A stretch of DNA of 64,000 nucleotides from Eledone cirrhosa (lineage: Eukaryota). Both the position numbers and the translations under genes were made by a program. The notes beneath the pieces are model-generated. The model had not been told where the DNA came from. It did not search any database and saw nothing but the letters and a program-made list of their open reading frames with translations. The DNA is taken from positions 22,196,001 through 22,260,000 of the forward strand of contig OZ024754.1 of NCBI GenBank assembly GCA_964016885.1. Direction: 5' to 3'. This document shows positions 53,483 through 64,000 of the stretch, piece by piece (positions within the stretch are counted from its first letter, which is position 1; every line of letters starts with the position of its first letter).

Positions 53483-53497
53483 GATATATATATATCT

Positions 53498-54299
53498 AGA
53501 ACGGCAAAGCATAAACGAACTAAGGAAAAAATTAGAAATAAGAGGGATCAGATGTTGTTTACTCGAGAGAAGGCTACGTTGGTACGGTCACGTGATGCGC
53601 ATGAAAGACGACAGCTGTATAACAAAGTGCAGGGCAATAAAGATAGACGGTAGCCACGGAGTAGGCAGACCCAGAAAAACATGGGACGAGCTGATAAATT
53701 CCGACCTCACACGCTTACACCTCTCCAAGACAATGTCACTGGACCGAGACCTTTGGCGGTACTCAGTAATAGAGAAGACCCGCCTTACCTAAATACAAAG
53801 TAAAAACCTACTACAGTCAGTAGGCATCTCTATCAAAACACACCCCCGTCCCACCACCTCCACCCCACCCACACCGCCCCTTTTAATGTAAAGTTATGTT
53901 GGTCCCACAACATCCAGGCCGAAACAAATGAGATCGTGTAGGTGTCACGACAAAAAACACACAGTCCACGCTGTAAATGTGGCCGTGTAGGCAACACGGT
54001 AAAAACCTCCCAGCCCCACACTGTAAATGTGGTTGGTGTTAGGAAGGGCATCCAGCTGTAGAAAACCCGCCAGACAGTCCACGCTGTAATGTGGCCATGT
54101 AGGCAACACGGTAAAAACCTCCCAGCCCCACACTGTAAATGTGGTTGGTGTTAGGAAGGGCATCCAACTGTAGAAAACCCGCCAGACAGTCCTATGCGAG
54201 CAAGACAACCACTCTTGCCTCAAGTGGGAAAACCCCCGTCCAAACCCATGCAAGCGTGGAACACGGACGCTAAACCTGATGATGATGATGATGATGATG
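53498..54299 (+). mobile_element. RTE 3' fragment, inverted relative to 51066-51725
   Basis: Near-identical reverse complement, with an internal ~115-bp duplication in the 3'UTR. Confidence 0.85.
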
Positions 54300-56125
54300 A
54301 GGGCGGGTAAAATTCCCGAGATCCATGGACGAGTTCTCTCCAGCGGTCTCTGTCCCTCATTATCGCTACCATGTCCTGCTTCTCCAACAGACCACTGTCT
54401 GTCCTTATGGCATCAACATACATTAACCTTGGTCTTCCTCTTCCAGTGTGTCCATGTAGGGGCTCCCACAGGAGCACTGAGTGCAGTGTCAACTCTGGAT
54501 GTCAGTGAGCATGTCCAGCAAACCTCAGTCTCCTCTGTGTCACTTTTGAGCTGACTTTTGGGAGGCTCCCATACAGCTCTGAGTTTTTCATCCTCAGTGT
54601 ATACTGATTAATGTTCAGAGCCACCCTCAGCATTCTCGTGTAGCACCTGTCCACCATCTGAGTGAGTTTCTTGGTCAGTGTCCAAGTCTCAGACCCGTAC
54701 AGCAGCACAGACTCCACTACAGCAATGAAGAGGCGGATGTTCAGGTCTTTACAAAGGTCCGATTTCCACACTGATCTCAAGCTGTGGCACGCCACCCAGG
54801 CTTTGCTCTTCCTCTCAACCACATTATCTTCCGTATTCCCAATCTATGCTCCCAAATACAGGAAGTCCTCAACTAATTCTAGCGGCTTCCCACCTACATT
54901 AGTGATCCCCTCTGGCTTCTCAACATTCTCTACCAGATATTTTATTTTAGTCTCATTCATTCTCAGCCCCACACTCATTGACACAGTCTCAACCTCCTGC
55001 ATCAAATCCTCTGCCTCCTTCACTGTATTTGTCACCAAAACTATGTCGTCGGCAAATTCAGCATCTGATATCTTTTTCGCCTTAACTCTCCTGCTCTGAG
55101 CCAGTGCTACAGTAAAGCCAGAGTCCTGGTGTTTCTCCAGTGCAAGGCGCATTCAATAGTCCATTGCGATGATAAAAGGACAGGGAGCCAATGTATCTCT
55201 CTGGAGCACTCCAGCCAGTGTCTCAAAGAACTCTGTCATCCCATCAGTGTAATGATTTGGGCTTTGATGTTGGTGTAGAGCAGTGATATCAGGTCCACTA
55301 TCTTCTTGGGGATTCCATAAGCCTGTAAGATCATCATCAGGCAGTGACGGTCCACAAAATCAAAAGCCTTCCTAAAGTCAATGAAAACCATGACCTCAGG
55401 AAGGCACTTTGCTCTAGCTCCCTCTAATATCTTCCTCAGCATCCGGATGTGACTGGTGGTTGATCTTCCCTCTTTGAAGCCGTTCTGATTGTTCCTGAGC
55501 TTCTTCTCCATCTCAGGCTGGATCCTGTTAAGAATCTTCCTGTTGAGGGTCTTTGCCACAAGTGATGTCAGTGAGATCCCCCTGTAGTTGTTGGTGTTAG
55601 AGATCTCCCTTCTTTGACACCGAGACGATGTTACTGATCCTCCACTGATTCGGGGCAACTCCTTTCTCCAGTGCCTGGTTACAGAACCCCAGCATGATAT
55701 CATCAAAATCATACCTCTTCATCACCTCTGATGCCACTCCATCTTCTCCATGAGCCTTGAACTTCTTCTTGGCTCTCTGAAGCTCCTCTCTGGTGAAGGG
55801 CTCTGTCTCAGTATCCAGTTCTTCAAACAGTCGCCTGATCTCCCCAGTGCTCTGAGCTGCGGAGGGCAGCTCTCCTAGTAGGGTCCTAAAATGGTCTAGC
55901 CATTTCCTCTTCCTATCCTCAGGCCCTGTTCTCTGGATCTGACTTGAACACCTTTTCTTCCTCCCTGTGATCTCGTTGATGATCATCCAGCTCTCCTTAC
56001 ATCCAGACCTGTCAACCGCTCTCTCCACACTTCTGATCTTCTCTATCAGTGCCTCCTCTCTGGGCTCAGTGTAAGCGGTACAGAGTTCTTCCCTCATCAC
56101 CTCCACAGTCGCCATCCTCTCCTAT
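54298..56125 (-). mobile_element. RTE-clade LINE (family 2), RT region, degraded
   Basis: NYRGISLTS, QNGF, FIDFRKAFD, EFADDI, VLLYGSETW. It shares its microsatellite tail tail-to-tail with the preceding element. Confidence 0.88.
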
Positions 56126-56344
56126 TCAGAAGCCTTATTTACGGAATATTTAGTAGTAAAAATTAATAAATAAGCTTATATGAATATATACATAAGGATG
56201 AGATATTATAAGGTAAAAGTAAGCAGTAACACCATTATTCGACTTAAGAAAAGTAGAATGTTGATATTATTATAAGGAATTTCTGCCCTACATTTAAGCT
56301 TGACTGTGGAATAGAGAATCCACACAATATATATATGTAATCCA

Positions 56345-56380
<36 letters not shown>

Positions 56381-56556
56381 TGGATTATCTGTTCTACAGT
56401 TAAGCTTAAATATATAGATATATATATACACATACAGAGATGTTTATTGTGGGGTCAATCGAGGGTAACCACAGTAAGGTGCTCAATACATAGTAGGGTA
56501 TATACAATACTTAATGATTTCCTTCGAATGAAAGAGTTCTAATCCTTTAGAAACCA

Positions 56557-56590
<34 letters not shown>

Positions 56591-56889
56591 TGTGTGTGTA
56601 TGTGTGAATGAAATGTAAATATTGAGTTTGTCTAAACTACAGCTTATGAATACTCATTAAATGTTTTGATCATGGTTCGGTAACTTTGCCCAAATCGTTC
56701 TTTGACAATACTGTGTCCATTCATTTAAATTTTTCTCTGGTTCTTTTTTCCCTCTCTCTAAGTTATTTTTATACACCAACTTTGTAATAAATTGCAAATT
56801 TTCACCATCCTGTGCCTCTTAATTTATGTGTACATATGTATATATTGAAACTAAAGATAGGTTTCACGTTAAGTTATTTATTAATTTTA

Positions 56890-56985
56890 CAGTTACGACA
56901 GTTTCACAGATGAATGGCTCAGGATCTATATATATATGTTACAGACCCGACTCCAGCCTGATCAGCTCATCAGACTTGTTAATCA
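56890..56985 (-). ncRNA. Possible expanded-stem-II hammerhead
   Basis: CTGATGA-(61 nt containing GGGTCTGT/ATAGATCC and GGCT/AGCC)-GAAA-CTG-TC. Stem I is poor. Confidence 0.35.
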
Positions 56986-57334
56986 GGCTGGACAAAATCT
57001 CATCTTATTACGTTACTTCTATATATATATTTGAAATGTGTCCCAGCGTAAATGACCCTAGTAATGATAAACGTCGATCTCTATAAATAATAGCTGAGAC
57101 GCCTGAAGAGGGAAAGAGGTGGTCATTGTGTTCACTTTGTTTCATCTTCAGGGAGAGGGCAACATTTCAAATTTTCCCAATACTTCTTAAATCAACCGTT
57201 GTATTTGTGTATATATATGTATATATATATTTGTGTATGTGTATTATATATATGTGTGTGCTTATGTGTATCACGTTACTGTTGCTTTCTTTTCTCCTTT
57301 TAACGTCAACTTTCTCTTTTTGCCATTTAGGTAA

Positions 57335-57616
57335 AATTGACCCGGAAGTGAGAGCTGGAGCCTCGTTTTCAGTGCGGATCTGAGGCGGAGGGAGATAGAG
57401 GAAGAGCGAAAGAAGAGATAAAAACAGGAACACAGAGAAAACAGGGAAAAAAACGTTGATAAAGCGATATATTATATAGAAACAGCCATGGACTATAAGA
57501 AAGAAGAGAAAGGGAGTTTAGAAAAATAGTGTGAGAGAGGCGGAAGCTGTTGCACGGCAGCAGCACTACAGCAGCTCACCACAACCGTAACATTGGGTTA
57601 ACTTCATCCAGCCAAC
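57335..57616 (+). promoter_or_regulatory. ZFAND3: Putative ZFAND3 promoter and non-coding first exon
   Basis: ETS/GABP motif CCGGAAGTG at about 57341, unique purine-rich sequence, candidate donor AAC|GTAAAC at 57616/57617, acceptor TTTTTTCTAG ending at 57749. Confidence 0.5.
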
Positions 57617-57771
57617 GTAAACTCATATATACATACACACACCTCATATATATATATATACATACATCTACATATATATATATATATACATAATATATTT
57701 ATATATTTTTCCGTCCACCCGCATTTAGCTGTAGAATTTTTTTTTCTAGAAACAATATTAATAAGTTTTTG

Positions 57772-57824
57772 ATGGAAGAATCGAGCAGCAGTGAACCGCC
57801 TAGATGCCCTTGTGGATTTTGGGG
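57772..57824 (+). CDS. ZFAND3: First coding exon of AN1-type zinc finger protein 3 (start of the A20 finger)
   Basis: MEESSSSEPPRCPCGFWG followed by a phase-2 GTAAGA donor. PPRCPCGFWG matches the ZFAND3 N-terminus as I recall it. Downstream exons were not found in the window. Confidence 0.85.
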
Positions 57825-58077
57825 GTAAGACATCATCACTTTGTTGTTCTGTCATGGTTTTGTTTATTTTTTCCTTCTCTCTTTATTTTAGTTGTTTTTC
57901 GCTGCCTCGTTCCTTTTTTCATTTTCTTCCAGTTTTTCTAGAAGTTAACCTAATTAGAACGATTAAGAACTGAGGAAGGAAGGAACTGACATAAACGAAT
58001 ACTAAGGATATAATGCACGCATGTGTGTATATGTATATATATATATATATATATATCTGTGAAAATGGGTGGACTTT

Positions 58078-58118
<41 letters not shown>

Positions 58119-58654
58119 CATATAATGTGTGATTTAATTTTGGTGTTTTTATCTCTCTTTGATTCGCTCTTTAGTGTCGGGTAGTGTACGGTGTTTCTTT
58201 TAATCTTATTTTCCCTTTCCGTGTCAGTCTCCAGTCTGATTTCATAAATGTTTCTTGCTGGGAAGTCTCCTCATTTTTATGTTTTAAATAACAATAAACA
58301 CACAAACAATGAGGTAGAAAACGTTTCACCTTTGCTACTTTATATATTTGCCATACTAGCTGCTTCCACTATTGGCAAATCTATCTACTTATGTCACTCT
58401 TCCTGTATGGATACTAATATTAATATTTTAGATCAAATCTTTCGTGCATAAGGAATTAGGTGCCTTTCCCCTTAACTTCATTTAATCTGCATGATTATAA
58501 TATATATATCATTTTTAACGAACCAGACAAATAGAGTTCGTTCAAGATCGTCGTTTACCACTCACTCCATGATTTTATATAAATTGTATTTTGTAAATAC
58601 AAATATGTATATCAGAGTGCACATAATTCGTTAGTTAATGGTAGAAACGGTGTT

Positions 58655-58784
58655 GTTCACACCTATGGTCGATGTACTACACACACAAACACACAGTTAT
58701 ATATATATATTTGTGTGTGTGTGTGTGTAGCAATATATCCACATATGTGGAGTTACTTTCAACCTATCGACCATAGGTGTGAAC
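58655..58784. repeat. Small inverted-repeat (MITE-like) element
   Basis: 19-bp perfect IR GTTCACACCTATGGTCGAT at 58655-58673 and 58766-58784. Confidence 0.6.
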
Positions 58785-59373
58785 GTCTGATTTAAGAATA
58801 TGCCTGGATTGTTATATCTGAACTCATTATTAAATATTTAATTCATTTTATTTTAGAATAGATATTTATAGAATAGAAATTGATTTGTATAATTGAAAGC
58901 ATGAAATATACGAAAAAGGGTTAACTTTTGATCGCCAAAGAAGAGAAAGTTACACAATCACACAAAAGAATAAATACTTTAGCGATGTGGCACTCCGAAT
59001 TTTCATAAATAGATTATTTCTACAGGCTATTTTATTTTGTGTTTTGGTCTAAATGAACCACACCTATAAAATGATTGTCACCTGTTGGAGAGATATGTTA
59101 AGTCAAATTGGAAGATGGCAATAAACGCTGGGTTCAAATTATGTGAAGGCCATAAACATATTTTTTCACATATTACTAATATGGTGTGTAGGTAGAAATA
59201 TACTAGTATGTAAAATATGACTTCCAAAATGTGTTTGTATACACAAATACAAACACTATATAATATCATCATCATCATCGTTTAACGTCCATCTTCCACG
59301 CTAGCATGGGTTTGACGGTTTTGTTTCATTTGGTGCAGGATTGGTCGGGAGACCGTGTCTCGCTCGTACGGAA

Positions 59374-59422
<49 letters not shown>

Positions 59423-59482
59423 CACACGATCGAAGGTGTATCGGTCCTGTTCGATAGCTTCGTTTCAGTATTATTATATATA

Positions 59483-59603
59483 TTCTGAGTTCAAATCCCG
59501 CCGAGGTCAACTTTGCCTTTCATCCTTGCGGGATCGATAAAATAAAGAACCAGTAATACACTGGATAATTGCTGGCCTTGTTCTAAAAGTAGAAACAATT
59601 ATT
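59483..59603 (+). mobile_element. SINE fragment (Meta/MESC-like)
   Basis: B-box plus the GCCTTTCATCC..GATAAAAT domain. Confidence 0.75.
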
Positions 59604-60286
59604 ATATATAGATACATACTCAAGGGAGGGTGTATATATTTGCTTACATATGCAATATATATACGTTTGCCAGCTGTTTGTATGTAGACAGCTGAAATGC
59701 ATGGTAGATTGATGTGAGGTAATGACCTTTGTACTTAAAGGTTTTTTTACAAAATGTATTGAACTCTGCGTATTGTTGCTAACTGCTACTACAAACGTTT
59801 GAGGTGGTAGTGTTGATCATTTTAATAGTGGACTTAATGATACAGGTGTTAGCTCACCGAAGGACAGGTAACTTCTCGTATGGTTGATAGCACACAGCGA
59901 AAGAAAGGTGTATAAGAATAGATACCGTGAGAGACAATGAGGATAAAAATATGGTGAGGAGTAGTGTTCGCTATCCATTGATTTCGTTAGTGGTCGTTAT
60001 TCTATATATATATATAGTCTTAAAGTATTCTTATTTTCCTTTTCTACCTCGTTAAGTTAAGATTAGTTGAGTTTCATGCCATACTTTGGTTCCTCTCTTT
60101 CAGGAATCATATCTGGCTATTCTGATTTTTTGTTCAACTGACTGAATCTTCCCTCACCTAAAATTGATATCAATAAAAAAAATAATCTCCTGTGGGTCTA
60201 TGAAACTTACTTAAAATATTGGTATGATAATTAATATGAATATGATAATTCAGATTTATCTCCTTAGTAATTAGAAACGATATATA

Positions 60287-60586
60287 TTTTTTTTAAATGT
60301 TAGAAGAATTCTCAAATCTAAAGGTAGAGTAAGAGTAGGATAAAAGATCTCCAAAATACTCAATTTTTTAAAATGTTAGAAGAATTCTCAAATCTAAAGG
60401 TAGAGTAAGAGTAGGATAAAAGATCTCCAAAATACTCAATTTTTTAAAATGTTAGAAGAATTCTCAAATCTAAAGGTAGAGTAAGAGTAGGATAAAAGAT
60501 CTCCAAAATACTCAATTTTTTTAAATGTTAGAAGAATTCTCAAATCTAAAGGTAGAGTAGGATAAAAGATCTCCAAAATACTCAAT
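60287..60586. repeat. 77-bp minisatellite (about 4 copies)
   Basis: Repeated AAATGTTAGAAGAATTCTCAAATCTAAAGGTAGAG...AAAATACTCAAT unit. Confidence 0.9.
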
Positions 60587-60629
60587 GTTATTAATACATA
60601 GCTAGCTAAATTAGAAATAAACTCATGTA

Positions 60630-61125
60630 ATCATCATCATTTTATGTCCGCTTTTCCCTGCTTGCAAGGATGGGACGGGTTCTATTCAGCACAGCATCTC
60701 TCCACTTGTCACGGTCCTTCGTCATCTCCACCATGAGCTTCAGCGATCTGATGTCTGTTCTCACCACCTCTGCCCATGTTTTTCGTGGTCTACCTCTACC
60801 ACATCTTCCTTCAACTGGCATTTCCTGGCACTTCTTCACCCATCGGTCATCCTCCATGCGCATCACATGTCCATACCATCGCAGTCTCCTCTCCCCCACA
60901 CTACATTCTATCCCTCTTAGACACAGTTTCTCTCTCAACACATTTATGCTGGGTCGTTCACGCACATTGACATTGCACATCCAACGGAGCATGCTTGCCT
61001 CATTTCTCTCCAGCCGTCGCATATACTCTGCAGTTGCTGTCCATGTCTCACCACCATGCAGCATCGCGCTCCTCACACGCATCATATAACCGACCTTTCA
61101 TACACAGGAGGAAACCCTTCTTCAT
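60630..61125 (-). mobile_element. RTE 3' fragment in the ZFAND3 intron
   Basis: ORF 60642-61085, paralog of 49771-50337. Confidence 0.85.
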
Positions 61126-63929
61126 GTAAAGACTAATAATAGTGTAAAGGTTTCTGATAAAGCAGAGAGCTTTAAAACTACTGATGACTGCTCTTAATCT
61201 TAGAATATTGCAAAATAAGCAATTGGAGAATCTGTAATGGTTATCACAGTGGAAAAAAAACCAGGAGTCTAACTTTTTTAGAGGACTGTAGACATGAATA
61301 GATAGAAAAACAAAAATATTTGTCAATGTTATTACATTACATATTTTTTAAACTCTTAATACCAACCTGACCAAAGCTGGCTCTATTTCTATGAAGCAAA
61401 ACTATTTTAAAGGGTTCCTATTTAAATTAATAAAATTTTCCAGCATAATTTTATATAGGAACCATATGCTAAGTTACTACCTTAATAATGAAATAATAAA
61501 TAATCTTAATAGATCTCTCAAAAATCATCATTAACAAATTAAAATAGTCAGGAAATGAAACAGACAGTAGATGGATTTATGGAGGCTTAAGATGGTAATT
61601 AACTGCACATACTTGATGAGGATGGAACATATTTACAGGTATAACTAAGTGGTAAACTTACACATTTATTTAGAATGACCACATGGCCTTTGAGTATCCT
61701 TAGCAGAGAACAATATATTGCAGTCGAACCAGTACTCCAACAGTCATGGAGGTCATGAAAAGGATAATAGGTACTGCCCTTCTCTTCCTGACTAAACAAA
61801 CAGTAAAGAAAAAGGTATTAAGTACGAAACAAGAGTAGATGTGTTGGTATATATATATATATATATGTACCAAAAACTACATCTGACAAAGGATAGATTA
61901 CAGTGGTCATATTGGTGGGTGGATATACCACACCATAGTGGATGTGTTGGTATAAATATATACCAAAATCTGCATCTGATACTGATTATGTTCCACAACC
62001 ACATTAGTCAAACTACTGTAAATGTATTGGTATAAATATGTACTAATATCTACATCTGACATTAATTCGCTTCTCATATTTTGGGATATGTCTCATATAC
62101 CTGATAAAGTCAGAAAGTCAATTCAAACTTTTCCTTTCTCCAAAAAATATATAAAATTGTTCTTAGATGAATACAGTCTCTCGGAAAGAAATTGGGGTAT
62201 GGTATTGTCAAATTTCAATCATATTTTAACCCTTTTCTGGCCTAAAGATAAATCCCAGCATTTGATCTATTCACCACCTTAATCTTGGTTCTTGCGACTG
62301 TTATCTACCTTTCATAGAAACTAACTACACTTCTTTTACCAATAATAGAGGAAATTATAATCTTAACTCGCACATCTATCTGTATACTCTAGTTTCTATC
62401 AATTCAGACTTCTAACTTAACCATGCTACATATAATATAGGGACACTTCTACAATATAGGGATTGAATTAATCCTTTACCGTGTGTATCCATAACATAGT
62501 TCTCATGGAGTTGAGATGTGACAAGGCTGGCCTTTTGAATTACAGGATACAACTCATTTTCCCCAACTGAGTGGACTGGAGCAAAGTGAAATAAACTATA
62601 TTGCTCGAGAACACATGTTGATGGGAATAAAACTCATGGCATTAGGATTGTGAGCTGAACACCCTAACCACTAAGCCAGGTGTCTTCACAATAGCTATTC
62701 TACATTATCTGTGAACTGGTGTCTATTGGATATTGAATAATTGTAATTCTTGGATGTAATAGCCAACCAATTTCCAACCCTTGCTCACAGAGAAAATGGA
62801 TGTTAAATGATGATAATGGTGACTTGATTTCTCACAACTAATCTTTCCTCTATAACGGATGTTCTTAGAGACCCAGGTCACATTGCTCTCTTTGCAATCT
62901 CGGGTTTCTTCAATACCTCCCCATTTTAAATTGTCATGTAATTTTTTTCTTACTCAAGTTCCATATTAACATGATGAGCAAGGCTTTTAAACCTCAATTA
63001 TTGTATAGTCCTAAAGAGGATTATGTCTGAAGTAGCAGTTTCTTTGTAAACCTTGTTCTAATAGTTAAATATATTGGTATTCCAGTTGAGATATACACAA
63101 TCTACACTATTTTCCCCCAGTTTGGATTCCTCACCTGGCAGCCAAATGCCTCCCTTTTGAAAATCATTGCATCTGTAGAATTCAAGGATGGATGCTCCTC
63201 CCACTAACCATATTTCATAGCCGGGGATGTTGAATACCTGGAATTAATAATCCCAGAGTTGTGGCACTTGCAGTGATGATCTGTGAAGTGGAAGACAAAA
63301 CAATCACACCCGCTTATATCATCATCATGATGCTTTATATCCCATCATGTTGGGACCAAAATTCTGGCATATTCTGTCCTTGGAGCTGGCTGACCTCATA
63401 TCACCTCCATTCAGACATTCCTGCTTCACTTGTCTCTCTTTTTCTTATCACCCATATTATGTCTTGGTACAGTTCTAACCACTTCGTCCAATCCTTCGAA
63501 ATTTCACAACCTGCAATGATTTAATCTTTTTGATGTAAAGCTGCCCCTGGTTTACAATATAAAGCTGTTTGTTTTTATAATAATTTTATGTAAAAACCAA
63601 AGTTATGTTCCAAACACTAGCTTAATAATTATAGTACTAAGTCCTTCCAAATTCTTGATTATTTTCAAAATTATTTGAAAATCATATCTTTCGTTTGAGA
63701 TATGGTAATGAAAGGGTTAAACTGAATGTCAACAGCATCAATCTTATCGGCTTCAAAGAGCCTGCAAATGCCATCAGCCTAGCCCTTTAGCAGAGAAAAA
63801 AAATACATGTGCTAAATACAGGTCAGGTGATCAAAGCGTTACAGTAACGATCTATTAACAACTTACATATAAGACCCTAGATTTATGGGTGGTGGTGAAT
63901 TATATCAAGCTTGTAACATACTCTCTTAC

Positions 63930-63990
63930 CATCCTCCGGGGAAAGCCTCTCCATTCTGTCCGCCGGGGCTGTGGGGAGGCCAGCACATTG
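63930..63990 (+). mobile_element. CRE-like 3' end fragment
   Basis: CTCCATTCTGTCCGC..GGCTGTGGG is shared with 17535-17562 and derives from an ILRGNA.SIL-type terminal motif. Confidence 0.45.
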
Positions 63991-64000
63991 GACCCTCTTT

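Noticed and set aside
60287-60586. Regular repeat that could be mistaken for a CRISPR array
   Set aside because: There are no unique spacers and no cas genes, and the context is eukaryotic. It is a plain minisatellite, as is 39500-39746.
63600-63625. TTATGTTCCAAACACTAG as a possible ZFAND3 exon 2 (LCSK)
   Set aside because: It reads LCSKH then stop, lacks the second cysteine and splice sites, and lies in repeat-like sequence.

Overview
AT-rich, microsatellite-laden animal genomic DNA, probably a coleoid cephalopod such as Octopus (inferred from the repeat repertoire, not proven). It is almost entirely nested mobile elements: RTE LINEs (one near-complete), many Penelope-like element (PLE) fragments with inverted 3' ends, Tx1/L1 and CRE-like LINE fragments, three hAT DNA transposons (two with TIRs and TSDs), Helitron-like pieces and tRNA-derived SINEs. 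The only recognisable host gene is the promoter and first exons of ZFAND3 at about 57.3-57.8 kb, which the ORF track misses. The most notable hidden signal is non-coding. Reading both strands by eye gives more than 20 type I hammerhead ribozyme (HHR) motifs. They include two related ~450-510 bp ORF-less tandem repeat families with one HHR per unit (retrozyme-like), HHRs with 60-100 nt stem II insertions, and a conserved UUGAAAA core variant. A candidate HDV-like ribozyme also lies at the head of a 625-bp tandem RTE-derived non-autonomous element. All RNA folds were made by eye and need covariance-model and cleavage tests.
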